Positions 39,873 to 47,094 of a stretch of 47,094 nucleotides of DNA are shown in pieces. Position 1 is the stretch's first letter. Every line of letters starts with the position of its first letter. Under the pieces are notes generated by a model. The model saw only the letters and a program-made list of their open reading frames with translations, was not told the DNA's origin and did no database searches. A program made the translations under genes and the position numbers. The DNA is from Ignavibacteriaceae bacterium (GTDB lineage: Bacteria; Bacteroidota; Ignavibacteria; Ignavibacteriales; Ignavibacteriaceae): NCBI GenBank assembly GCA_037388105.1, contig JARRKK010000057.1, forward strand, positions 1-47,094, given 5' to 3'.

Positions 39873-41075
39873 ATGCCATTAACCTTCCTTTGCGTTTCAA
39901 GTTATGAAAAAGGACACGACTTTATGCGCGAGTGTAAAGCCAATGGTTGTCGGGTTCTCCTTTTAACTTCTGAGAGCTTGAAAAATGCAGATTGGCCTCG
40001 AGACTCAATAGATGAATCTTTTTATATCCATGACAAAAATAAAGAATGGGAATTAAAAGATGCTATTTACGGTGTCAGTTTCATTGCACGTACGGAGAAA
40101 ATAGATAGAATAATTGCATTGGATGATTTTGATGTAGAAAAAGCTGCTTCTCTTAGAGAACACTTACGTGTTCCGGGGATGGGAGAAACTACAGCTAGAT
40201 ACTTCAGGGATAAGCTGGCAATGCGTATGCAGGCAAAATCAAAAGGCATACCCGTTCCTGAATTCCTTCACGTCCTAAATTATAATAAAATAAGCGAATT
40301 TGCAGACCTGGTTCCTTTTCCATATATGGTAAAACCCAGGTTAATGGCGGGATCACATGGGTTAAAGAAAGTTAATAATAAAGAGGAACTGTGGAATAGA
40401 ATTAATGAGCTTGGAAACGAACAATCTTTCTATTTAATAGAAAGGTTTTTAACCGGAAGTATTTATCATGTCGATTCAATTTTTTATCAAAACGAAGTCC
40501 GGTTCGCTCTTGCAAGCAAGTACGGGAAACCACCATTTGAAGTTGCTCATTCGGGAAGAGTATTTACAAGCAGAACTGTGGAACGAGGTTCGGAGTGTGA
40601 GCAGAATTTGTTAGAGTTGAATGAAAAAATAATTAAAGCAATGGGTCTGGTTATGGGGGTATCACACACTGAGTTTATTGAATCGGATGAAGACAGAAAG
40701 TTCTATTTCCTTGAAACTTCCGCAAGGGTAGGGGGTGCGCATATTGCTGATATGGTTGAGGCTGCATCGGGAATAAATTTATGGAGGGAATGGGCAAAGA
40801 TTGAAATACTACGGGAAGGGGGAGAATACGAATATCCGAAGGTGTCGAATGATTATGCAGGAATAATACAATCTCTCGCAAAACAAGAATGGCCGGATCT
40901 GTCAAATTATAATGAGCCCGAAGTGAGGTGGAAATTAAATAAAAAATATCATGCGGGTTTAATTGTTAGCTCGAAGAAACGGGATCGAGTGGAAGAACTA
41001 TTAGATGGCTACACCGAACGATTTTATGAAGATTTTTTTGCAACTTCTCCGATGAAAGACAAACCAAGCGATTAA
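39873..41075 (+). CDS. ATP-grasp domain protein of unknown specificity
   Basis: The 400-aa ORF has a pre-ATP-grasp N-domain, a central PYMVKPRLMAGSHGLKKV, and the Mg/ATP motif FYFLETSARVGGAHI. It has no adjacent partner genes. Confidence 0.82.
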   Translation: MPLTFLCVSSYEKGHDFMRECKANGCRVLLLTSESLKNADWPRDSIDESFYIHDKNKEWELKDAIYGVSFIARTEKIDRIIALDDFDVEKAASLREHLRVPGMGETTARYFRDKLAMRMQAKSKGIPVPEFLHVLNYNKISEFADLVPFPYMVKPRLMAGSHGLKKVNNKEELWNRINELGNEQSFYLIERFLTGSIYHVDSIFYQNEVRFALASKYGKPPFEVAHSGRVFTSRTVERGSECEQNLLELNEKIIKAMGLVMGVSHTEFIESDEDRKFYFLETSARVGGAHIADMVEAASGINLWREWAKIEILREGGEYEYPKVSNDYAGIIQSLAKQEWPDLSNYNEPEVRWKLNKKYHAGLIVSSKKRDRVEELLDGYTERFYEDFFATSPMKDKPSD

Positions 41076-42454
41076 ACTGTTCTCGAATATTTAGCAGTAT
41101 CCTCTTTGCGTTCAATATATCCGTCAAAATTCATTGCAATATTTCTTATCAGCAATCTACCCATCTGATTCACTTTTATACCATCACGAGTGACAACAAC
41201 CAGATCATCCTCTTCCATTTCCTTTAGATTGTTTAATCCCCACTTAAAGTATTTCGTAAAATCAATATCAAATCTTTCTTCAATGGAAGTAAAATTTAAT
41301 TCAAAATCGCACATAATTCTCATTATTACTTCTCTTCTTATATGATCATCTTCGTTTAGCTTATATCCTTTAGCAGTAGGTATAGTTTCGTTATCAAGTG
41401 CATTGTAGTATTCCTTCTCTGTTTTAAAGTTCTGCGCATATATATTATTTAACTGGCTTATAGATGTAATACCCATAGCATATAGATCGGCACCGGCATT
41501 TGTGCTGTACCCTTGAAAGTTTCGGTAAAGATTTTTTTCGTGAAGCGCAACCGAGAGCTCATCGTTTGGTTTTGCAAAGTGATCCATTCCGATAAAAACA
41601 TATCCGGCATTTGTAAGTTGTTCAATTGTGGTTTTAAGTATTTCTAACTTCACCTCAGGAGTTGGAATATCTTCCTGATGAATTAATGCCATATGCTTCT
41701 TCATCCATGGAACATGAGCGTAATTAAACACAGCAATTCTATCGGGAGAAATATCAATAATTTTATCAACAGTATCTGCAAATGAATCAACAGTCTGGAA
41801 AGGCAAGCCGTATATCAAGTCGAGATTAATGCTCTGAAAACCGAGCTCTCGTACCCAGGTTACTACTTTTCTTGTGATATCCTCGGGTTGTATTCTGTTA
41901 ACAGCTTTCTGCACAGTATCGTTGAAATCTTGTACACCCATACTTATTCTGTTAAACCCATTATTCCTCAATGCCTCAAGATGTTCCTTAGTAAGTTCAC
42001 GCGGATCAATCTCACAGCTGTTTTCTGACCCATCCTCTTTAAATTTAAATGATTTATTAATGTATGATGCAAGCAGATTTATTTCATCGGGATTAAGATG
42101 TGTTGGTGTTCCTCCACCCCAATGGTGCTGCGAAACTTTTCTAGCCGGTAATAAATATGTTCTGAGCAAGTCAATTTCTTTCTGCACATATTTTATATAT
42201 TCATTAATTCTTGCTCTGTTTCTTGTAATTAGCATATTACAGCCGCAAAAGAAACAAAGTGTATCGCAGTATGGAAGATGGAAATAAAGGGATAGATCGG
42301 GGAGATTCTGTCCGTAATTGGTTTTAACTATTTCATCAACGTAATCGTCCTTTGTAAAGTTCTCATTAAATTGTGGAGCCGTTGGGTAACTTGTGTACCG
42401 GGGTCCAGGTTTATCGTATTTTTTAATTTTCTCTAAATCTATTTCAAACATCAT
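41072..42454 (-). CDS. hemN: Oxygen-independent coproporphyrinogen III oxidase (radical SAM)
   Basis: The 460-aa ORF has the radical-SAM CxxxCxxC motif in HLPYCDTLCFFCGC, plus HWGGGTPT. Its length matches E. coli HemN (457 aa). Its stop overlaps the convergent ATP-grasp stop by 4 nt. Confidence 0.95.
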   Translation of the reverse strand: MMFEIDLEKIKKYDKPGPRYTSYPTAPQFNENFTKDDYVDEIVKTNYGQNLPDLSLYFHLPYCDTLCFFCGCNMLITRNRARINEYIKYVQKEIDLLRTYLLPARKVSQHHWGGGTPTHLNPDEINLLASYINKSFKFKEDGSENSCEIDPRELTKEHLEALRNNGFNRISMGVQDFNDTVQKAVNRIQPEDITRKVVTWVRELGFQSINLDLIYGLPFQTVDSFADTVDKIIDISPDRIAVFNYAHVPWMKKHMALIHQEDIPTPEVKLEILKTTIEQLTNAGYVFIGMDHFAKPNDELSVALHEKNLYRNFQGYSTNAGADLYAMGITSISQLNNIYAQNFKTEKEYYNALDNETIPTAKGYKLNEDDHIRREVIMRIMCDFELNFTSIEERFDIDFTKYFKWGLNNLKEMEEDDLVVVTRDGIKVNQMGRLLIRNIAMNFDGYIERKEDTAKYSRTV

Positions 42455-42470
42455 TACTCCTTAATGCAAC

Positions 42471-43547
42471 CTAAGTTGCCATTGTTTTCTTACTTTCCTT
42501 AAGATGAAATGCAACGCTTTCCTCTTTAACAAAATCAACCAGTGCTTTCGCATGTTCCGGATTTATATCCGGCAAAATACCGTGCCCAAGGTTAAATATA
42601 TGTCCTTCTCCTTTTCCGTATGACTCAAGTACTTTGCGAGCTTCTCTTTTTATAAAATTGGGCTCAGAGTAAAGGACCGTAGGATCAAGATTACCTTGTA
42701 TGGCAACCTTACCTCCAAATTTGTCTCTTGTTTTGGTCAGGTCTATCGTCCAGTCTACACCAATTACATCAGCACCGCAATCTGCAGTTGTTCTCATTCT
42801 ATAATGGACTCCCTTTGGAAAGTAGATAATCGGTTCACCATTCCGATTAATCTTTTCAATCACCTGATTTACATATTTCAATGCAAAAACAAGATAATCA
42901 CGAGGGGATAGTATCCCCGCCCACGTATCGAATAATTGGACGGCATCAGCACCTGCCGAAATCTGTGCAGATAAATATTCGGCAACTATGTCGGTAAGTT
43001 TATACAGTATACTATGTGCTAATTCGGGATTATTGTATATCAGTTTCTTTACATTAGCAAAACTTTTTGAGCTTTTTCCTTCAACCATATATGTTAGCAA
43101 GGTCCACGGTGCACCACTAAAACCGATTAAGGGTACCCTTTGGTTCAATTCTTTTTTTGTCAGGGATATTGCATCAAAGACAAATCTAAGCTCATCATAA
43201 ACATCGGCTTGTTTTAGCTTGGAAGCATCTAACTCGTTCCTTATCGGGGAATCAAATACCGGACCTTGTCCTTCGGTCATCTCTAAATGCATGCCCATAG
43301 CTTCAGGAATTACAAGGATATCGGAGAAAATTATTGCAGCATCAACACCCAATATATCCACAGGCTGAATAGATACCTCTGCAGCTAATTCGGGGGTTTT
43401 ACACATAGTTAAGAAATCATACTTTGCACGTATTACTTGGTATTCGGGTAAATACCTGCCAGCTTGTCTCATAATCCAAATCGGTGTCCTATCAACAGGC
43501 TCTCTTCTGCAGGCTTTTAAAAATATTGTGTTTTGTAGTTTTTCCAA
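42471..43547 (-). CDS. hemE: Uroporphyrinogen decarboxylase
   Basis: The 358-aa ORF is collinear with E. coli HemE: PIWIMRQAGRYLPEY, FSDILVIPEAMG, IGFSGAPWTL, NLGHGI. Confidence 0.95.
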   Translation of the reverse strand: MEKLQNTIFLKACRREPVDRTPIWIMRQAGRYLPEYQVIRAKYDFLTMCKTPELAAEVSIQPVDILGVDAAIIFSDILVIPEAMGMHLEMTEGQGPVFDSPIRNELDASKLKQADVYDELRFVFDAISLTKKELNQRVPLIGFSGAPWTLLTYMVEGKSSKSFANVKKLIYNNPELAHSILYKLTDIVAEYLSAQISAGADAVQLFDTWAGILSPRDYLVFALKYVNQVIEKINRNGEPIIYFPKGVHYRMRTTADCGADVIGVDWTIDLTKTRDKFGGKVAIQGNLDPTVLYSEPNFIKREARKVLESYGKGEGHIFNLGHGILPDINPEHAKALVDFVKEESVAFHLKESKKTMAT

Positions 43548-43564
43548 TTTTATTTCCTTTGGTT

Positions 43565-44959
43565 TTAGGTGTTATAGTAACTGAGAATTTTCTTAATTAA
43601 TCCTTCAATAGTATATTCATCTGGCATAATGCTGACCTTTACTCTTCTGTTTTCTATAGCGGTCTTTGTTGTAGGGCCTATTGCCGCGATATCATAACCC
43701 TTGAAGTATTCTGCCGGGTTAATAACATTTAATATTTGTAAGAAATTTTCAAAGGTTGAGGGGCTGGTAAAAATAAAAAGATCCGGGTTGCTGCTATTTA
43801 ACTTATCAAGATTATTTTTAATATTCTCCTTGGTTGGAAGTGAAACATTGTAAACCGGCACAGAATTAATCACTGCACCTAGTTCCTTTAATCCTCTAGG
43901 CAGTTCTTCTCTACCAATAGCTGAACGAGGGATAAATACAACCTTCTTGTTCAAATTAAATTTTGCAAGCTTCTCGACGACCCCTTCTGAACTAAACCTT
44001 TCTGGAATGACATCAACTGGGATATTGTATTTTTCACATACGGATGAAGTCTTATTTCCAACAGCAACAACTTTTTTCGTACTAAAATTAATTTTTATTT
44101 TTAACTCATTGCATCTCTGATTGAACATTTGCACAGCATGGGCAGACGTAAAAATTATAAAATCGATTTTGTCTTGTGAACTAATTATAGAATCGAACTC
44201 ATCCCAATTGGATGGAGGAACAATTTCAAGTGTAGGGAACACGATTACTTTTGCACCATATTTTGTAAGCTCGGAAGCGGATTCATTTGATTGTTCTACA
44301 GTTCTGGTTATAATTATCGTTTTATTCTTCAATGGCAGTACAACATTGTTTTTGAAACCCGAGTAGAGCGCATGAAGAATAAATTCAAACAATCTCTCCC
44401 TTTCTATCTTTTTCCCATTCTCGTCAATTTTTGTTTCAATATTTCTTTGAATCGTTCCGTATATGGTTCCCATTATTGAAGTAACGGCAAAATCTTTGTC
44501 AATATTCCTAAATACATTTTCACTGCTTCCATTATCAATTATGCCCGATAAAATAGTTTTAAGTTGATGGTCCAAATGGCGCAGTTCAACACAGAAGTCA
44601 TTTTCAGAATTGAGTGATTCTTTCCGGTACATTAGAAAGAAATTCTGATATTTCATCATGAACATATAAAGATGTACGGTGAATGAACGAAGAGAATCGA
44701 TGCTGTTCTGTTCAACCTTTATTTGTTGCTTTAATGATCGGATAAGATTTTCCATTCTCAAACACATAATTGAAAAGTACAAATCCTCCTTTGATGAGAA
44801 ATAGTTGTACACAGTACCTTTTGCAACCGAGGTCAATTTTGCAACATCTTCCATCATAACTTCATGGTAACTTTTTTGCGAGAAAAGGTTCGCAGCAGCC
44901 TCAAGTATGCGCTCTCTTTTTATCTGTTTTTTTGTTTCTCTTTTTTCTGTCACTATCAT
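43565..44959 (-). CDS. hemD: Fusion protein: full-length TetR/AcrR-type regulator (N-terminal ~205 aa) joined to uroporphyrinogen-III synthase (C-terminal ~255 aa)
   Basis: A single uninterrupted 464-aa ORF. The N-terminus has the TetR HTH (RERILEAAANLFSQKSYHEVMMEDVAKLTSVAKGTVYNYFSSKEDLY) followed by a ~150-aa helical ligand-domain-like region. From about residue 208 (LKNKTIIITRTVEQSNE..) it has the two-lobe HemD pattern (..IIFTSAHAV.., ..FIFTSPSTF.., AAIGPTT). Confidence 0.88.
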   Translation of the reverse strand: MIVTEKRETKKQIKRERILEAAANLFSQKSYHEVMMEDVAKLTSVAKGTVYNYFSSKEDLYFSIMCLRMENLIRSLKQQIKVEQNSIDSLRSFTVHLYMFMMKYQNFFLMYRKESLNSENDFCVELRHLDHQLKTILSGIIDNGSSENVFRNIDKDFAVTSIMGTIYGTIQRNIETKIDENGKKIERERLFEFILHALYSGFKNNVVLPLKNKTIIITRTVEQSNESASELTKYGAKVIVFPTLEIVPPSNWDEFDSIISSQDKIDFIIFTSAHAVQMFNQRCNELKIKINFSTKKVVAVGNKTSSVCEKYNIPVDVIPERFSSEGVVEKLAKFNLNKKVVFIPRSAIGREELPRGLKELGAVINSVPVYNVSLPTKENIKNNLDKLNSSNPDLFIFTSPSTFENFLQILNVINPAEYFKGYDIAAIGPTTKTAIENRRVKVSIMPDEYTIEGLIKKILSYYNT

Positions 44960-44969
44960 ATTTTCGAAA

Positions 44970-45575
44970 TTAATTTATTTGCCAACCATTCAGAGCTAAA
45001 ACATCTCCGCTAGACGGATTGATTAACATTTCTTTGCCACTGCCGCGATATCCGAAATCGCCCTGAAATTCCCTTAATGTAGTTAAAATACGCCAAACAT
45101 ATATTTGTCTTTCAGGATTCCATAAGAATGTAATTTTCCAGTCTTTTATTCCTTTCTCTAAACCCTGTCCTTTAGCAATTGTTACAGCACTATCTTTATC
45201 AACCTGCCAATCACACTGAGCAGGATTCTTATTACAATTTGGTATTCCAAGAATATCTTTGTTTTCAATTACTGTACCTGAATTATCAATCGCAAAGGTG
45301 ATTACAGCTTTTACATAAGGTTTCTCGGGTATGAAAAGATTATAAACCATCTGGTAGTTTGGAGGAGAATATTTTGTTTTTATTTTATCAAGGGAGATAT
45401 AATTATTAAAAAATGCCGCACCAGTTTTAGAAACAACAAAAAGATTCGCTTCTTGAATTATATTAATTGGAATATCGGTTTCCCTTTGTTCATTAATGCT
45501 TGTATGACCGCATGAGTAATAAATAGAGCTAAGAATAGTAACAGCTACAATTACTTTCAAATAATTGTTTGGCAT
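44970..45575 (-). CDS. Hypothetical lipoprotein embedded in the hem operon
   Basis: The 201-aa ORF has a signal peptide with a lipobox-like SSIYYSC. I recognise no family. It is tightly packed, 1 nt from the hemC stop and 10 nt from the tetR-hemD start. Confidence 0.7.
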   Translation of the reverse strand: MPNNYLKVIVAVTILSSIYYSCGHTSINEQRETDIPINIIQEANLFVVSKTGAAFFNNYISLDKIKTKYSPPNYQMVYNLFIPEKPYVKAVITFAIDNSGTVIENKDILGIPNCNKNPAQCDWQVDKDSAVTIAKGQGLEKGIKDWKITFLWNPERQIYVWRILTTLREFQGDFGYRGSGKEMLINPSSGDVLALNGWQIN

Positions 45576-45576
45576 T

Positions 45577-46530
45577 TCATTTACTCTTGGATGTTTTGTA
45601 AATGTCTTCCAAAATCGATTTTGCCCCGGCTCTCAATAAATCTTTTGCAAGAGATTTACCTAATTTATCTGGGGATATTTTACTACCCCTAACCTTTTTT
45701 CTGAATGTAATTGATCCGTCTAAAGATCCAACCATTGCATCGAGATAAAGTCCGTTTGCTTTAACTTCCGCAGTGGCTCCGATTGGAACCTGACAACCAC
45801 CTTCAAGTGTTTTTAATAATGATCTTTCAGCCAGAACAGATGTATATGTATCATTATCGTGAATTGAATGAAGTAATTCCTTAACAAATTTATTCTCTTT
45901 ATGCATCTCCACCCCCAAGGCACCCTGACCTACTGCGGGTAGTAATAATTCTGTACTTATATATGAAGATATATACTTTTGCAATCGTAATCTTTCAATA
46001 CCTGCTCTTGCTAATATTATCGCATCCCAATCTGATTTTAGAAATTTGTTAATTCTTGTTGCAACGTTACCTCTTAAGTCTGTGACGTTTATATCTGGAC
46101 GAAGATGCAACAATTGGCATTTCCTTCTTAACGAGCCCGTTGCTACAACTGCCCCCTCCTTAAGATCTTCGATAGCGATCCCCTTTTTGCGTGCAATCAG
46201 AACATCCTCAACATTGTGTCGTCTTGTTACCGCCCCAAGTTGCAACTCATCAGGAATTTCCGTTTGCAGATCTTTCAGGCTGTGAACCGCCAGATCTATC
46301 TTTTTATTGATCAAGGCAATTTCAAGTTCTTTTGTAAAAAGACTCTTATCACCAATTTTTGAAAGAGCCACATCCAGAATTTTATCCCCGGAGGTTTTTA
46401 TTATTTTAATCTGAATCCTTATGTCCCGGTTATTTTTTTCCAGTTCTTTCTTAATATAATTTGCCTGCCACAAAGCAAGTTCGCTTCCTCTTGAGCCCAA
46501 TATTATTTTCTGTACTTGATTTTTACTCAT
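45577..46530 (-). CDS. hemC: Hydroxymethylbilane synthase (porphobilinogen deaminase)
   Basis: ILGSRGSELALWQA is at the N-terminus and the dipyrromethane-cofactor cysteine sits in LEGGCQVPIGA. I prefer the ATG at 46530. The open frame extends to GTG 46539, which directly abuts the hemA stop. Confidence 0.94.
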   Translation of the reverse strand: MSKNQVQKIILGSRGSELALWQANYIKKELEKNNRDIRIQIKIIKTSGDKILDVALSKIGDKSLFTKELEIALINKKIDLAVHSLKDLQTEIPDELQLGAVTRRHNVEDVLIARKKGIAIEDLKEGAVVATGSLRRKCQLLHLRPDINVTDLRGNVATRINKFLKSDWDAIILARAGIERLRLQKYISSYISTELLLPAVGQGALGVEMHKENKFVKELLHSIHDNDTYTSVLAERSLLKTLEGGCQVPIGATAEVKANGLYLDAMVGSLDGSITFRKKVRGSKISPDKLGKSLAKDLLRAGAKSILEDIYKTSKSK

Positions 46531-46539
46531 TACAAACAC

Positions 46540-46860
46540 TTATTCTTTTATATCAGACTTTGCTTTATCAATACCAAACAGGCTTCGGATTATACCCATC
46601 TTTGTTGCAGCATCTTCTGCGCCAGTGCCGCTATCGTTAACTTTTTTCAATTCCACAGTCGGAGCATGAAGAATTTTATTAATGATACGCTTGGTTACAA
46701 TTTCAAGTTTCTCTCTGTCATCAGCAGAAAATTTATTAATGTTCTTCTCAACTTCTTCTGCCCTTATTGCATCGAAGTGGTCTCTTAAATTTTTTATTGT
46801 TGGTGCAGACTGCAGTGAATTATACCATTCAAAAAAGGAATCAAGCTCTTCTTCATAAAT
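46540..46860 (-). pseudogene. hemA: Glutamyl-tRNA reductase, C-terminal (dimerisation-domain) fragment only
   Basis: My translation of the minus strand gives IYEEELDSFFEWYNSLQSAPTIKNLRDHFDAIRAEEVEKNINKFSADDREKLEIVTKRIINKILHAPTVELKK...KSDIKE*. This matches the last ~105 aa of HemA. The frame hits a stop 3 codons upstream of 46860. Confidence 0.85.
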
Positions 46861-46862
46861 AT

Positions 46863-47094
46863 GATATTATTTTCTGCGCTACCAGTTCGGAAGATATTCT
46901 GATACGAAATCAGGATGTTGAGACAGCAAGGAAGAAACGAGGTTATGCCCCTATGGTACTCATGGATATAGCAGTACCGCGCGATATTGATCCGGAATCA
47001 AAAGAGATAGATTATGTCTTCTACCACGATATAGATTCACTTAATATAATTGTTGAGCAAAATGTTGCTAAGAGAAGAGATGAAATTCCAAAAG
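46863..47094 (+). pseudogene. hemA: Glutamyl-tRNA reductase internal fragment (end of the NADPH domain) on the opposite strand, running off the window
   Basis: My translation of the plus strand gives DIIFCATSSEDILIRNQDVETARKKRGYAPMVLMDIAVPRDIDPESKEIDYVFYHDIDSLNIIVEQNVAKRRDEIPK. This matches E. coli HemA DIIISSTAS...LLVDIAVPRDVEPEV...YSVDDLQSII..NLAQRK, the segment that should lie immediately N-terminal to the minus-strand fragment. Confidence 0.85.

Noticed and set aside
273-46788. Many 60-145-aa ORFs in the supplied track lie antisense to, or out of frame within, the large genes. Examples: 273-581, 2485-2811, 6291-6632, 7741-8091, 10390-10683, 14098-14535, 16886-17254, 25615-25824, 26602-26969, 32165-32554, 41874-42287, 46046-46285 and 46516-46788.
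   Set aside because: Each is fully embedded in a longer ORF with clear homology on the other strand or frame. Their translations are low-complexity or Leu/Ser/Ile-rich with no motifs, typical of shadow ORFs.
1-47094. Searched by eye for CRISPR arrays, tRNA/rRNA genes, IS elements/transposases/integrases, toxin-antitoxin pairs, restriction-modification or other defence modules, and long direct or terminal inverted repeats.
   Set aside because: None were seen. No regularly spaced repeats occur. No ORF has transposase, recombinase, nuclease-helicase or methyltransferase motifs. The intergenic regions show no cloverleaf-like or rRNA-like sequence. A by-eye scan cannot exclude short or degenerate elements.

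Overview
Low-GC chromosomal segment. It looks like an Ignavibacteria-like or other FCB-group bacterium, judging from a T9SS C-terminal sorting domain, a patatin-Omp85 outer-membrane protein and the overall gene content. This taxonomic call is inference only.

I can support about 38 protein-coding loci, nearly all housekeeping:
- yidC and a patatin/BamA-like OMP
- glgA
- three small DNA-repair genes: a SMUG-like UDG, a MutT-like Nudix hydrolase and tag
- hldD, metH and an RRM RNA-binding protein
- an MFP+RND efflux pair
- a T9SS-secreted beta-propeller
- a stand-alone trpB2 and a MOSC protein
- a thrA-thrB-thrC operon
- aceA
- a haem cluster in two blocks: hemB-hemY, and hemA-hemC-lipoprotein-tetR::hemD-hemE-hemN

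I found no rRNA, tRNA, CRISPR array, transposase/integrase, phage module or recognisable defence module. I also see no convincing novel multi-gene system.

The points worth a second look are:
1. One uninterrupted ORF fuses a complete TetR-type regulator to uroporphyrinogen-III synthase inside the hem operon, next to an uncharacterised lipoprotein gene.
2. Lesions in otherwise conserved genes are unusually dense. The patatin gene, glgA (twice), tag, the RND pump, thrB and hemY show missing conserved blocks and/or frameshifts.
3. The last ~235 nt of the window carry an internal piece of hemA in inverted orientation relative to its own 3' end.
4. trpB2 is a possibly GC-richer gene flanked by long AT-rich spacers.
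5. Isocitrate lyase carries an unusual acidic tail, and there is a small highly acidic ORF.

The lesions and the inversion could equally be assembly or amplification artefacts. Read-level data are needed to decide.
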